Part shown: one piece after another, positions 14,460 through 27,961 of the stretch
Layout: each line of letters opens with the position of its first letter
Numbering within the stretch: the stretch's first letter is position 1
Assembly (NCBI GenBank): GCA_040954595.2
Contig: CM082579.2
Coordinates: 5,452,879 to 5,516,878 of the forward strand
Origin: Balanoglossus misakiensis
Taxonomy: Eukaryota; Animalia; Hemichordata
Direction of reading: 5' to 3'
Length of the DNA: 64,000 nucleotides
Notes under the pieces: model-generated
What the model was told of the DNA's origin: nothing
The model's input: only the letters and a program-made list of their open reading frames with translations
Database searches by the model: none
Position numbers and translations under genes: made by a program

Positions 14460-17400
14460 ATGGGATGTGGCACGTCGAAAACCCCACAGGAGATGATGAA
14501 ATCCGAGAAGTGTAAGTCAAGTTCGATTTCCACCTTATTTTCTCACTTCAAGCTGTGACGTACGGTCATCACATATTGCACAGTCACACAGTAATACTGC
14601 CCCAGTGCTTTTAAATATACACTTTAGCCGAGAGTATAACTGGTTGTCACAAATGGATTTTGAAATCACGATATTAATTATTCATAATGCAGACTTTTAC
14701 CTGTCAGGATAGATTACGATGGATCCATCAAATATAGAAAATTTGAGATACGTTGAGGAATCTGCAAGTCAATAACAGATATAGGGAAGACCCCTAGAAC
14801 AGATTATTTGGCAGCAATAATGCCTTAACGGACCGCTGTTCATAAAATGACGACCGGTGGCATTTTTCACAAGATCATGCGCTGGGCCAGTGTGAAGATT
14901 GCAGTCTATACCTCAGCAGGTGGGGGAAATTGAAATGCGAAGCTCGAAAGGTTGAAACACTGCCCCGAGCGTGATAATCTAATTCACCCCTCCCTCCTTC
15001 AGGATTGGAATTGTCTCTGTTCCATAAATATCCCCAGATTCGTGAACTTTTCCTCCGAACCTCTGCTGTTGTAGAGAATTTTAATGAGAAACGGACTATT
15101 TCCCAGTGCATTACCGGAGAGGATTATATTACTTGACTCTGAGTGATGTGCACATAGAAACGGTCATTAGTGATTCAGGTAATTCCCTGCTGGACAATCC
15201 AGAAGGGTTTATAGATGGCATATTCCACAGGTATGCGTTCTGTTGATAGTCACGTACTTGTACAGGGATTTCTAAATCAGAATATGTCTGTTACTATTTT
15301 CTTCATGTAAGGAGTGACTAGAACACATTTAACTGTTTATTGACAGATAAAATGGGAGACATTGCAGTCTATGGGTGCTTGTTATACTCAGTAACTTTTC
15401 GGAATAATTGCTGTAACTTCCAAAATAATTACCCATCATCACATCCTTTATAAACGAAATATTGTTGAAGCATGAGAAATGGAGCCATTAGCTTACTGTA
15501 ATCGTGACAGTCTCTCAGAGTTGGACAAAAGATTGGCAAAGATTTCTCTTGAGGACTGGTTTAGAATGACTCAAACCATTTATAAAATCAATCATTGTGA
15601 TAACCTTTTCTCTGGATATAGACTTTCAGCTCAATCGTCTCAGTTTACCTCTTGCTGTTATTTCTTGGTCCCGTTTCTGAAGAATAAGTGCTTTTTTTTA
15701 ATGTCTTGAGATGCGGTGTTCGTTGGAGAAGGAGTCCGGAACACGTATAGTCCATCACTGCTTCTGATGATTATAGCTCAGAAGCAGCTTTCTGCAGTTT
15801 GGTAATGCAAAAGTTACCCTGTGAATGTGCCAAGTTTATCAGATTTTCAACTAAATTGTACCTTGGGTGTTAATGGTATGGTAAGGAAAAGTTTGCATTT
15901 CACACACACACCATGACACACAAAAAAACCCAGTAGATGATATATTATAATGTAAGTTGTTGATGCATTTTCTATCCTTTTACTTGAACCTGCAGCTTTT
16001 GATATCTCAATTCAGCTGTGACAACACTAGCCTTAAGTTTTATTCTGTAAATTGAGACCCACTCCTACAAATGTACACTGTACCTGGAAAACTCTGTACA
16101 TACCACACAGCCATGTTTACGTTTTGTCATGGAAACCAAAAACCAACACACAAGCATTGCCACGGCAACTGACATCATGCATTGGACAATACATTCTGGG
16201 TGGTGACAACCATGCAGAAATCTATTTTTGGTCAGGAAGAGAAAATTGCTTGGAAGTGGTAATTTTCCATGGAATATTCTTGCACAGGGGAGAAATTGTG
16301 CGTAATGGACTTCCGAGTTCATGAGTCATCAAAAATTGTTGAAGATCTTATAAGGGAACTTCTCAAAAGTTTTACTAATATTAAACAGTGTGATTTATGG
16401 CAAACTGAGAAAACCAGTGCTGCCAGGGTTAATTGAACCATTTCACATTTTTTGTCGTACATTTTATACCGAGCAGAAAACTCTCAATGCTGTTTTATTT
16501 TTTATGACGTACGTGCAATCTGTAGAGATAGGGCATCTTTACCTTTGCTAGGTCTCTGATGTTTGCATTCTGCAATAGTCATCGAATGTCCATCTCTATG
16601 TATATATACATACCATTATCTTTATTAATGAAGACAGTACATCAGGTTTAATCAAGTTACATGTACAAAGACTAGTACATCCTTCAAACAAATTCTATCT
16701 ATAGTTCTATATACTCTTTTGTCAACAAGAGTTTTCACTGACACGACCCTTTCATCATCTCCATAAAAACGTATTGCTTTCTCATGCTCCTCTGACTACC
16801 TTTGTGTGGATTTTCCGGCGATGTTCGTTCTCCAAATTAAAGTTGACCAGCTTTTTCAAACGCCTGATTAGAAGTCGTAGACTGGGGTTTCTTAATCCAG
16901 AGATTGGATTGAAAACAGTCTGATACCAATCATGAAAGTGCATTGGAAAGGTTGTGCTGACATCTTTATCACTTGACAGTCAGAAAAGAAGGACGATTTA
17001 ATGTCTGTCTATCATAGAGACTGTTTTATATCTGCCATAGCATTCATGGGTTTCTACATGGCTTGTATTGGCCCATGGGATAATTAATTTTGAAAGAATG
17101 GTCGAGACCTACATGAAATACATATACATGTACAAGTTTTGTTTGACTAAACCTAATTCAGTAGTGAGTATGAAAACAGTTTGATATATCTAAAATTGTG
17201 AATGTTATGTATTCATGACAAGAAGGCTAAGAAAATAACCGTGTCCTGGGGTGTTTCTTGTTCATCCAAAGACAGAACGGTAGATGTACATGTAGGTCAC
17301 ATAAACTTATCTTTATGTTTGTGCAAATGGCTGCGTGAAACTTTTGCACTTCTGTTGAGTGCGAATTGAAAGAAACAGTGTGTGATAATTTTGCCTCTAT

Positions 17401-20400
17401 TGAGTTGAGTAACGAAGTCAAACATCCACTCTTTGTTGTGTACGTGACTGGGGAAATAGTTGTGTTAGGTGAATGTTCTTTTAATTCAAACTGATCTGCA
17501 TGTTACTATCTGTGTCAACATTGGCAGTATCCATAGTTACACTTCTTTGAAAATTAATTACTCTGTATGCTCATGCATGTATGTCATGTATGGATGGATG
17601 GATGGATGGATTTGGTTTTAATATAAAATGAACAATGGAATAACAGATGGAACTTTGAAAATCAGCTAGTTCTTTACTGTAACTCAATTGTGAAATATTT
17701 TTCTTGGGAAGTATAAACTAGTAGCTGGTTCTTTGTAGTTGACAGATGGTACTGTAGATAGCTGTTGGTGAAGAGGGATGAAAGTATGATGCATAACCAT
17801 AGCTGCTAAAATGTAATCTCAGAAATGTGGACATAAGTGTTCTTACTGGTTGTTGTCTGCATCATGTGATTACTCTTGATATTCTGCTGTACATCAGTTG
17901 CCAAATGTCAAAAATTGCATTTACTGTCATGCCCACATACAGATTGGTGATTGCCGTGATTCAGTTCATATTGCAGTGAGCAGAGCAACGTAAATATAAG
18001 CTAAAGAAACTTAAGTAACCAAAATACATGTAAGTGTCAAAAGTAAGTGACTTTTCCCCTTTTATAACAAGGCACTATCTGCAGTGTCCTGAGCTGCAGC
18101 ATTGTTTGAAGTTTAGAAACTTGATTAAAAAGGAGGCTAGGCCTTTGACACATATCTGTCATGCTGGATGAAAAACATACCATTATCTTTGCTATTTAAA
18201 GTGACCTATTTACATGTAACCAGATTTATCTCGCTAGACAATTCAGTGAGCAAAATGAATTAATCAATCAATCAATCAATTAACAAAGTCAATCAACCAA
18301 TCAATAAATCTATCCAAGATAGTACCCCATAATAAATCAATCTATTGGTTTGGTTAATGAATAAAAGACAAAATCATTTACTCAGTCAACCAATCAGTTG
18401 AGCTGTAAATGAATTGACGAATGAGGAGTCACCCAATCAATGCATGTATAATATTATCAGGGTTCTTTATTGTGGTAACAGACAATATACAATGTATGCA
18501 ATGACACGGTTCAGCTTGACTGTATATAATGATACAATGAATATTAAACAGGGGTTCCAAACAGATCTCTTCAAAGAAGGTTATTTTTCACTGGTGATTT
18601 ATCACTCACGATTGTTGTCTTTTTTCATCAGAAACCAACTGCAGTTGGTGCACATACACCAAGGCAGACAGAATTGACTGAAAGGGAACAATTAGTAAAT
18701 TTGTCTAGCTGTGTTCAAAGTGTATACATGACAGTGCAGTGTCTACATCATGTCTAGTGATCACTGATAATTGTTCAAAATGCTTAGCAGAGTTTTCCCC
18801 GTAATACTGACTACAGCATAAGAAGGCTTAGATATGAAAGAAAAATGACCTTCAAGTCTGAGTCCCTCCTACTGATAGAGTACAAAGTAACCTTTTACGT
18901 ACAAACCAAATTTACTACATAGTAAAGCGGGGTTTAATTGGTTTTTAAAAGTTAACATCCTTCCTGACTGCTCCATCCTTACTCAATTTGGAACAGGGGA
19001 GTCTTCAATACCTGTAATCAGCCCTTTTTTTCTTCTTTTTTCAACAGCGATCAAAGCTGCCTTGTTAATCCAGAGATGGTACCGTCGATACCAAGCCCGT
19101 CTGGAGGCACGAAGAAGAGTTACCTGGAATATATTTCAGTCGATCGAGTATTCAGGGGAACAAGACCAGCTGAAGGTAAACATATTCAAGAACTCACCGT
19201 TTATTTGCCATGCTACTTGTTATTTTACATTACTTTACTTTTGTTTGTTTGTCATCTGCAATCTCTACTTTAAAAAGAAATGTACCGTATGTGAACTCAT
19301 AAAAAATTCTCATCAAGACTTAGCATTCTGGCATTCTGAAAAGCATTATATAATTCTCAAATATGCATTGCACTGCTGATATGCTTCAAGTGAATTTATC
19401 CCACATTCTATATTTCTCATCAATTTGGGTACTTAAGCTGAAATTCTTTGATGTAATATATTTCACCAGTCGTAAATTTCCATGTAGGCTTTTTTTATTT
19501 CCCCTGATTGGAAATTGAAGCGTATTGGATTGGCTGGTTGGATATTTAACCATGCTATCGAGACAGCCAATAAAGAGTTCATACTCTCCAAGGGAAGAAA
19601 CCCATAGTGTGTTTCATGTTTCGCTGCCATGAAATGCCAATTGCTTTTGAGTCCAATACTCCAATTTTAATAACTCTGATGGCTGTCGACATCCAATTCA
19701 TCTGCGAATTTGTGCCGCCATTGATTAAATTCTCAAAAAAACCTGACAATCTGGACGAGATTGATTTTGCCCAGTCTGTACCGGTACATCAACTGTCATC
19801 TTGTAACACTGGGATGTAGTCGGCAGAATAAAGACGGACAGACAAAAGTGGATTAACCAATTTGTGTGAGTGGTTTGACCAGGATTGAGAAATCTTGGAT
19901 CCCTTTTCTGGGGAGTAGTTCAGACACAGGACAAACTTGTTGAGTTAATTGGAGCCCCTTTACCCGTTCTGTTTTGTTCACAAAATCATATTTCTTGTCT
20001 AATACAACATTGGAACTAAATAGCAAAGGAACAATAATTGGCATTGATATTTTGAACTATGAATCCCTTATCTGTGTTTCAATCCATAGCTTTATAATTT
20101 TTTCAATGACATGATCGACCACGTGGCGGAGTCTCAGCCAGGCAAACTGAAATTCCAGCGAGCTCTGAATCATCACCACTATGACATATGTAAGTATCTG
20201 AATACTTCTATCTACAGTTCTTTTAGAAGCATTACTAACAGCAAGAGAAATCGCAAAACACTGATTAGATAGATATTTAATTCTTTTGATGAGGATAGCT
20301 CTGTTTACGATGAAATGCCAGTTAGCAAATTCATCAAGGTCAAGTCATTAGGAGGAAAAGATAATTGGAAGATATATAAGCTTGGAGTATTTCCAGATTG

Positions 20401-23400
20401 ATGATGAGTGGCAAATGGGTTTCCATGCCAACTGAATGGATGGAAATCCATTTTCAATTACTTGGCTGTCATTTAAAGGCTTAATTAATTTTATAATCCT
20501 ACCATTTCATCTGATACTCTTTGAGTAGAAATTCATATGTAAAATTCTCTAAGTGACCATTAAGAAAAAAGAGAGAAAGGATTTTACTCTCTTAGTTATT
20601 CAAAGTGACCTCAAATTTTAATGTAGAAAATGAGAAATCTGTACTGTCTAGTTCGTCTCCCTCCAGAGTTTTTAGAATGTACACTGTACATGTAACGTGG
20701 GACAAATCATGCTTTTTAGAATCCCTTCACTGTTGTCTTAGGAACAGTCTCATCTCCATCAATTGTGAAAGTTGTCAAGAGTTCAAAGGTCGGGAGTTCA
20801 GATCTCTGCGGGGAATTATGCCGTTCGTGATGTTAGAACATTGAATTACTTATATACAGACACTGGTGCATTTTCCACTCGAAAAGTACAAATAGCGTTA
20901 GCTCCCAGAGTGAAGTATTTTGATTACCGATAGTTCCCACCACTCTTTTCTTTATAATTCACTTGAAGTACGCGTTATTTGCTCAAGACACACACCAGCA
21001 CGAGAGATTTCTTCGTCAACTCGCCAGGAATTCCTCGTTCACCTTTAATGGATTCAGATCTCACCGCGCTTTCTGCGAAATCTAATTTGAAGTTCTGATG
21101 TTTCCTTCTGAGATGTATAGTTGTCTTCTAATTGTCTTCCGTTCGTATCAGTCGGTGTCGTTTCTTTTGACCGGGATCAATTTTTTTCTCTCTGGCTCAT
21201 GACATAGTCGTTTTATCAGGAGTGACTGATAAGCTTATCGGGAGCACAGTTGCAGTTGTCTCTACCTGTGAGTTGAGATAAAATGCCCCTGGGTAAAAGA
21301 AATGACTGACTAAAATTATCTATCGCTGTTCAAGATTTTTGTTTTGATCAGCCGTGACAATGCTTTTGCATTCAAATTGCTAAACGTACTGGATATATTC
21401 ATCAATTTGCCATCAAACTTTCAATACTAATGATGATAAAGCTATCCTCTTTTTTATCTCTCCATCAGCATTCCTTACACAATCACACACACCTGGCAAT
21501 TTCCTCAGGATAACTCATGACACCATGGCCTCCATTAAATTCTTGTAACATTAAAGGGACAATGTCTACATGTTATACATATACATGTAGTACTTTTCAT
21601 TTGTATGTGCGTTTGAGAAGGGGGGGGGGATGAACATCCTGATACCATAGTATTGAGTATAGAAGAGTCAATTATGAGAAAATCTCTCATGTCATTTGAG
21701 ATAGCCCTGAAAAACAATATGACCATCAAGATACCTTACAAAAACTTTTGGAAGATAGGCAAAGAAATTAATTCCTGGGGACACATGAAGGAAAGTTAGG
21801 TTTTTTTATTGTTTCCTCAGGAAATGAACATACAGATTTCACATATCAGATTCCATTTCCAATTTAGAAAAGTACATGTTTCCATGGAGATTAACTGAAA
21901 ACAAATGCATGAATGTTTTAGATGGCCCACAGTCTCTGTGTGGCCACTTTGGTTAAGTCACCTATGGAATTCATTTTAATGGAGAGGAGGTGGGAGAGGA
22001 GAAAAGATACTAGAAAATTTTCATCATCTCGAAGTGCGAGATTCAAATTACCTCTTATGTGAAACTAAACATAAATGGACACTGTAGCCAATATCTGTCT
22101 TTGGGTGACAAAATGATGTTCTTTAGTCCATTCACATCTTATGAAAAAAAATCATTTCAGAGAAACTATTCTCAAAATTTCTAGTGAAATACAAGAATAC
22201 TTTTTTTTTTCAGAAAATAGAAATACTTAGAAAATGCTATCTGCTTATATTTATCTTGTGAGTCTGTCTAGAAACTGTATTTCTTGCTTTGTGAATGATG
22301 GTAAAATCACCAGATTCTAGACTCTCCTGATAAATATGCATTCATCATCTTGAGTGCTGCTTCCTAGAAATATTCAAAAGGTGACATTTCTTTCAAGAAC
22401 AATTTCTGCAGTGATTCAGACATTCAACAATAGTCAGCCAGACTTTGATTTGGGATTCAGACATTCACGTCACTGTATTTTTCCAAGCCACAGAAACCTC
22501 ATGAGTATTTGTACATCATACATCACACAGAGGACTCGACTGTGTGGGGCTGGCCATGGTGTCGAGAGTTGTCCCAGTATCTATCCTGATCTCTCAGCGT
22601 AATCGCTCACCTATTAGTCTCTTTTCTTTCCATGCTGATGGCAGTCATGGATAACACGTCCGGAAACCCCTGGCAGATGGCAGCACAATGTAAGACCAAC
22701 AGCCAATGCGATAAAATCAGCTTGCTATTTTTTTTTTGTACCGGTATGTCTGTGAGCTTTGCCGCTGCATGTGGGCCGTCCACCAAACCATCGCAAGACT
22801 ACAGTACAATGTAGTTATTTTCACTTCATGCCTTTTGGCAGTTCAAACCATTGTTCCCATTTTTTGGCACACCACTCACTCAAAGTACATTGGTCTCGCA
22901 CTGCCAGTAGTTTTTACATCAGTTCTGCGCTGTGATATGCGGTATTAACATCAGATTCATCTCAGTCATTAGGAGTTTGGTTGTGAGAATAGCAAGGCAA
23001 ATTATTACCCAGAAGCAGTAAAACTGTTAACCTGAAAATCTTCAACAGGTATTATTCTTAAAACCTGTTATGGTTTATATATCATCAATTCTGAAACGCA
23101 CCGAACTTAATACATCTCATTTGCATAATATGGAAATCACGTCTTTGCCAAATCTCACCATCAGACTCCTTAAACAACATTCTGGCTATGTCTTTGCAAA
23201 GTTTCCATCATATCATATATTTTATCATATCATATCATATCATATATTTTGTATCATGTATTATTTCATATCATATAATATATACATGTATTACAAGAGC
23301 AGTACATTCACTTGCTTTTATAGGAACGGTAAGATTTCTTTGATGTAAAGGAAGCTGTCAGGGATTCATCAATGACCTTTCACATTTGCAGTGAAAGCTT

Positions 23401-26400
23401 CATGTGGGGATTTCAGGAAATCGACGAAGATGTCACACACGAAAAAAGATTGACAGCTCAAAATACAAATAGTAATTTTATGGCAGAGCGCCCTCAAGTT
23501 GCATGTCTTTCAGCTTGACATGCATGTGTCGATTTCAACGTGATAGATAGATTTTAAAACGTCACTGTTTGTTGATTCGCATGCAAATGATTATCAGGGT
23601 CTGAAAACCAACAAGAGGAAGATGCAGAACTGGAGAAATTGACGGATTTCGCCAACATCAACATTGAAGCCACGTATAATGGACCCCATATCACGTTTCC
23701 ACTCACCTTATCTGTCATCAAACAAATGATTGATGCCTTCAAGAATGGACAGGTAGGTCGTCCCTCAGAGCAGAACAGTCTACGTTTTCAGATATTTAAC
23801 TTTGATTATTTGTGCTTGATGGTAATAGTATTTATTCAGACAAACATGATAAAATTGTCTTTTGTGGAAGCACTGTGGTCAATGTACTATTATTAAGCTT
23901 TTTGTAGCTAATGACCTAATAGGGTCATACTTGTGTGAATGAAGTCTGTACTGTAAGCAAATCTTACTTGGGAGATTTTTGAACTTTTTTTCCATTGTCT
24001 GCAGACTTTGCATGCCAAGTATACATTACGGTTACTGCACGAAGTGAGGAACAAAATGAAACTGCTGCCTAACATCTGCCAGGCAACAACCAACATTGCG
24101 AAGCAGATCACGATATGTGGTGAGTGATCGACAGATTATTGTGGATATAGTGGGTTCATTTTTGTACGACAGTCCAGCCATGTGAGTGTCGAGGAATCTT
24201 AGTTGTTCATGTGACCTTGAATTAGTTCAACGCAAAATAAATATTATGTTTGTATTTGTTTGTACTACTATCACGTGACTTCTTCAGCCTCTGTTTTCAC
24301 TTTCAACATTTTATCCCAGGTGATCTCCATGGGAAGATAGATGACCTCTTCATGATATTTTACAAGGTAAGCAAACTTTCAATTCTTCAGGGAACCCATT
24401 CGTCCAATTTATTGTTTGAAAAGATGCAAACTTTTTTCATATTTTTTGTGCTTTTGAATTGTAGAATGGCCATCCATCAGCTGAGAATCCCTATATCTTC
24501 AATGGTGACTTTGTCGACCGAGGTTCCAACTCGGTTGAAATAGCTATTCTGCTCTTTTCATTTTTCCTCCTCTACCCGAATGAAGTTTACATCAACCGAG
24601 GCAATCATGAAGACCATATCATGAATCTTAGGTGAGTGCTTGCTCCTGAAAACCATGGAAATTGTGAAAGGCAACTATAATGAGTAATCACTCCCTGAAA
24701 ATAACATGATTGTCCTCAAATATCTGGGAAGAAAACACTGGAAAAGATTGTGGAAAGTCCTGGAGTTTTGAATGACTTTGAGAACACCACATCCAAAATG
24801 AAATATTTTTAAATGAACCAAAAACCACTTAATATTATTTATCCTATTTCCTATCAACAGATATGGTTTCATCAAGGAAGTCATGAGCAAATACAGAGTA
24901 GGTATATTTAAAGTAGGTATTCACATTTTCCTTACTTAGGTGTTCATATATGCTGTGATGCAGTGAAGTGTCTGTCGCACAGTTATGGTGTTTGTCACGC
25001 AGAATCCGTCCATCACTCAGTGTCGGTGAGATATCTATCTGTCGGCTGTCTGTAAGCTGAATGGTCATTGGTCAATATCACCTGTGTATTGTGTATGTGT
25101 TGCTGGTGCTGGCCTATCACGTCACTGGTTTGTATTTTGTCTGCACGGCGTATATATATACTGCGTGGTATTTATGTTCAGGAAAGAGTGTCAACAGAGA
25201 CTTGCAAGAATGTTGCTAGAAAATCTAGACAGCTGAACTACCTTTACATGAACTAATGCTGGCATTTTCACTGATTTTCACCCCAAATTTCAGAAACATG
25301 CAACAAAAGTGGTGAGGCTGTTTGAAGATGTGTTCAGTTGGTTGCCGTTAGCAACAATCATTGACACCAAAATCCTAGTTGTCCATGGTGGAATATCGGA
25401 TAAAACAGATCTCACTTACCTGGGAAATATTGACAGGCATAAGGTAAGAGGTTTTTTATGCTTAAAATGAGATAATCATAACAACACCACATGAAAATCA
25501 GTGCCGGTGTTAACCTTTTGATAGACTCATTGGATTATACCTCTTTGCTTTCCTCCATGTTTAAAAATGTATTTACACAAAAACCTGAGGAACTAAAACT
25601 TTCACCATTTCACTACAATGATGTTCTGTTGGCTTCACAGTATCTGTCGGCTCTGAGGCCGCCCGTTGATAGTGGACTTGATGCCGGAGATCTGGACGCA
25701 GATAATGACAACGGAGATAATAAAGATCGGGTCAATGTGATGGAATGGAGGCAGGTATGTAGCCATGGAAACAATATGAGTTGGGGACAGATAGGTTTCT
25801 GTTCTTTCAGCATTGAAATTTTCACAATGATATTCAAATCACTGTCTGTCATGCCTACTGGAAATGTTTTTTCTCACATTAATTCCTGGTGGATGGGAAG
25901 ATGAGATCAACAGTGTGGGATCAAATGGATATCACACTCTCGTATACTCAAAAATGTTATATGACACAAGCAGCGATTGCAATGATAAACATTCTTTGAC
26001 CAACACCCGCAAGATGTTATCCAATGGTGAAATGTGTTGTACGTGGGCAGAGTGTCAGATGGCAGCCACTTATGTTACTGTGCATTGTACTTTCCATCAC
26101 CGAGATTATCAGAATGGATAAACGTTTTCTTTTTTTGCAACCCCCCAGGTGCTTGATATCCTATGGAGCGATCCCAAGAATCAGGAAGGGTGCAGACCCA
26201 ACACATTCCGGGGAGGGGGTAGTTACTTCGGGCCGGACATCACTAAGAAAGTACTGGCCAAGCATAACTTGGACCTGCTGGTCAGATCACACGAGTGCAG
26301 ACCTGAAGGCTATGAATACACACACAATGGACAAGTAAGAACTTGGGAATAGAATTTTATTTTTATTTTTTACAAGACATGTAAGAAAACATCAGAATGA

Positions 26401-27961
26401 GTCAATTTGCTTTGCGCATTTTTGATCTCCATTTTTTGTATTTCTAGGTATTGACCGTCTTTTCAGCGTCCAACTATTATGAACTCGGAAGCAATAAAGG
26501 GGCGTACATCAAATTAGATGCCAACCTCACACCGCACTTTGTACAGTACAGCGCAACCAGAACCACTCGGAAACTGACTGCTAAACAAAGGTGAGTCATT
26601 CTCTGTTGTTCTACATTTTAGTACTTCAGATGTTGCACTACACTTTGATGTCACTGAAAATATTTTGATCATTACATTAATGTTCTCCAAGACATTTTTT
26701 CTGCCAGAACACCTTTGGAAGAAAATGTACAGTTCTCTAATTTTGTATACCACACATTCCATTTATATTGAAATTGCTTATCCTTTTATTTTTTTTATGC
26801 AGTTTAAGCATAGTGGAGGAGTCTGCCTTACGCGATCTCAGATATAAAATCATCGCAAACAAGACAAAGCTCATGGCAGAGTTCAAAAAGTGCGATCAGA
26901 AGAATACAGGTTGGTGTGATTTCTGAATGATGACTTGCACCTGATAGTTGACATGTATGTGACTTGTGAGTGCATCACGTCTTCTGTTTTTCATGGGCCG
27001 TGGGGGAAACAAAAGTGATTAATCGACATAACCAGTAGAGGGCAGTATAATGATACTTTTTGGTGGTTTCTGTGGCAGGTGTGATAAGTGTAGGTGACTG
27101 GGCACAGTGCATGGCGTCGGTGTTAGAGCTGGAAATACCGTGGAGGACTTTCAAAGACAAACTGGTGCAAGTCAACAAGGAGGGGATGGTCGAGTATGAG
27201 ACGTGTGTGGACCTGGACGTGGTGCACAATACAAACTCAGGACCCAGTATCACAGAAACGCTGTACAGACACAAGAGTAACCTGGAGACCATTTTCAGGG
27301 TCATGGATAAGGATAACTCAGGTACGGTGCAGGAATTAATCCTGCACACTATTGGTTTTTCGTTTGGGATTTTTTTTGGCCATTAACGAGACAGTAGATG
27401 CTAACCTTTGATAAGTTTTTCAAATGTTTTGTTTGTCTTTATCAACAACAATTTCTTCTACTTTTTACATCATGATAAAATGCACCCTGTACTGTTTTTT
27501 TTCAGCAAGCATACTTGATATTGTGCTCGTATTATATCTTATATATGCAGTCCTGTTTAAAGAGGAGCGCAGTGTCCTTGATGCTATTTTTGTTCTCTAA
27601 TGCAGAATGTACAGTGTACTGCAATAAACCAGACTGTCTTTGTATCATACATGTGTGGTGGTTTTACTATAAATTGAAGAGCACTTCCATTTGTTTCCAT
27701 CCCACTGCAGGTCAAATTTCCATGGAAGAATTTGAAGAGGCCTGCAAAATTCTGTCGCAACATATCAACAGTCAAATCTCGGAGGCCCAGATCCGGGACA
27801 TGGCACGCAGCATTGACATGAACAAGGACGGCTACATAGACTTTAACGAGTTCTTGGAAGCATTCCGGCTGGTGGATCCGCAGTCGGGCAAACTCATGGA
27901 GAGCAGCGTTACGAATGTCAACGGAAAGACCAACTCCAAAGACACTGTGAATATGGTGTAG
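14460..27961 (+). CDS. PPEF: Ser/Thr protein phosphatase with EF-hands (PPEF/rdgC family), 15 coding exons
   Basis: Exons 14460-14511, 19048-19175, 20090-20189, 23598-23752, 24005-24119, 24320-24366, 24465-24631, 24861-24897, 25294-25443, 25641-25754, 26149-26334, 26448-26590, 26803-26909, 27079-27321 and 27711-27961 join in frame. The protein has an N-terminal MGCGTS acylation motif, an IQ motif ([16 protein letters not shown]), PPP motifs GDLHG, GDFVDRG, RGNHE, HGG, DILWSDP, RSHE and SASNYY, and EF-hands DKDNSGQISMEE and [12 protein letters not shown]. Confidence 0.95.
23207..23276. repeat. Degenerate (ATATC)n microsatellite in a PPEF intron
   Basis: catcatatcatatattttatcatatcatatcatatcatata... 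Confidence 0.7.

Noticed and set aside
20989-21084. Possible alternative terminal PPEF exon ([11 protein letters not shown]...*)
   Set aside because: Weak acceptor, and it would delete the whole catalytic domain; no supporting signal.
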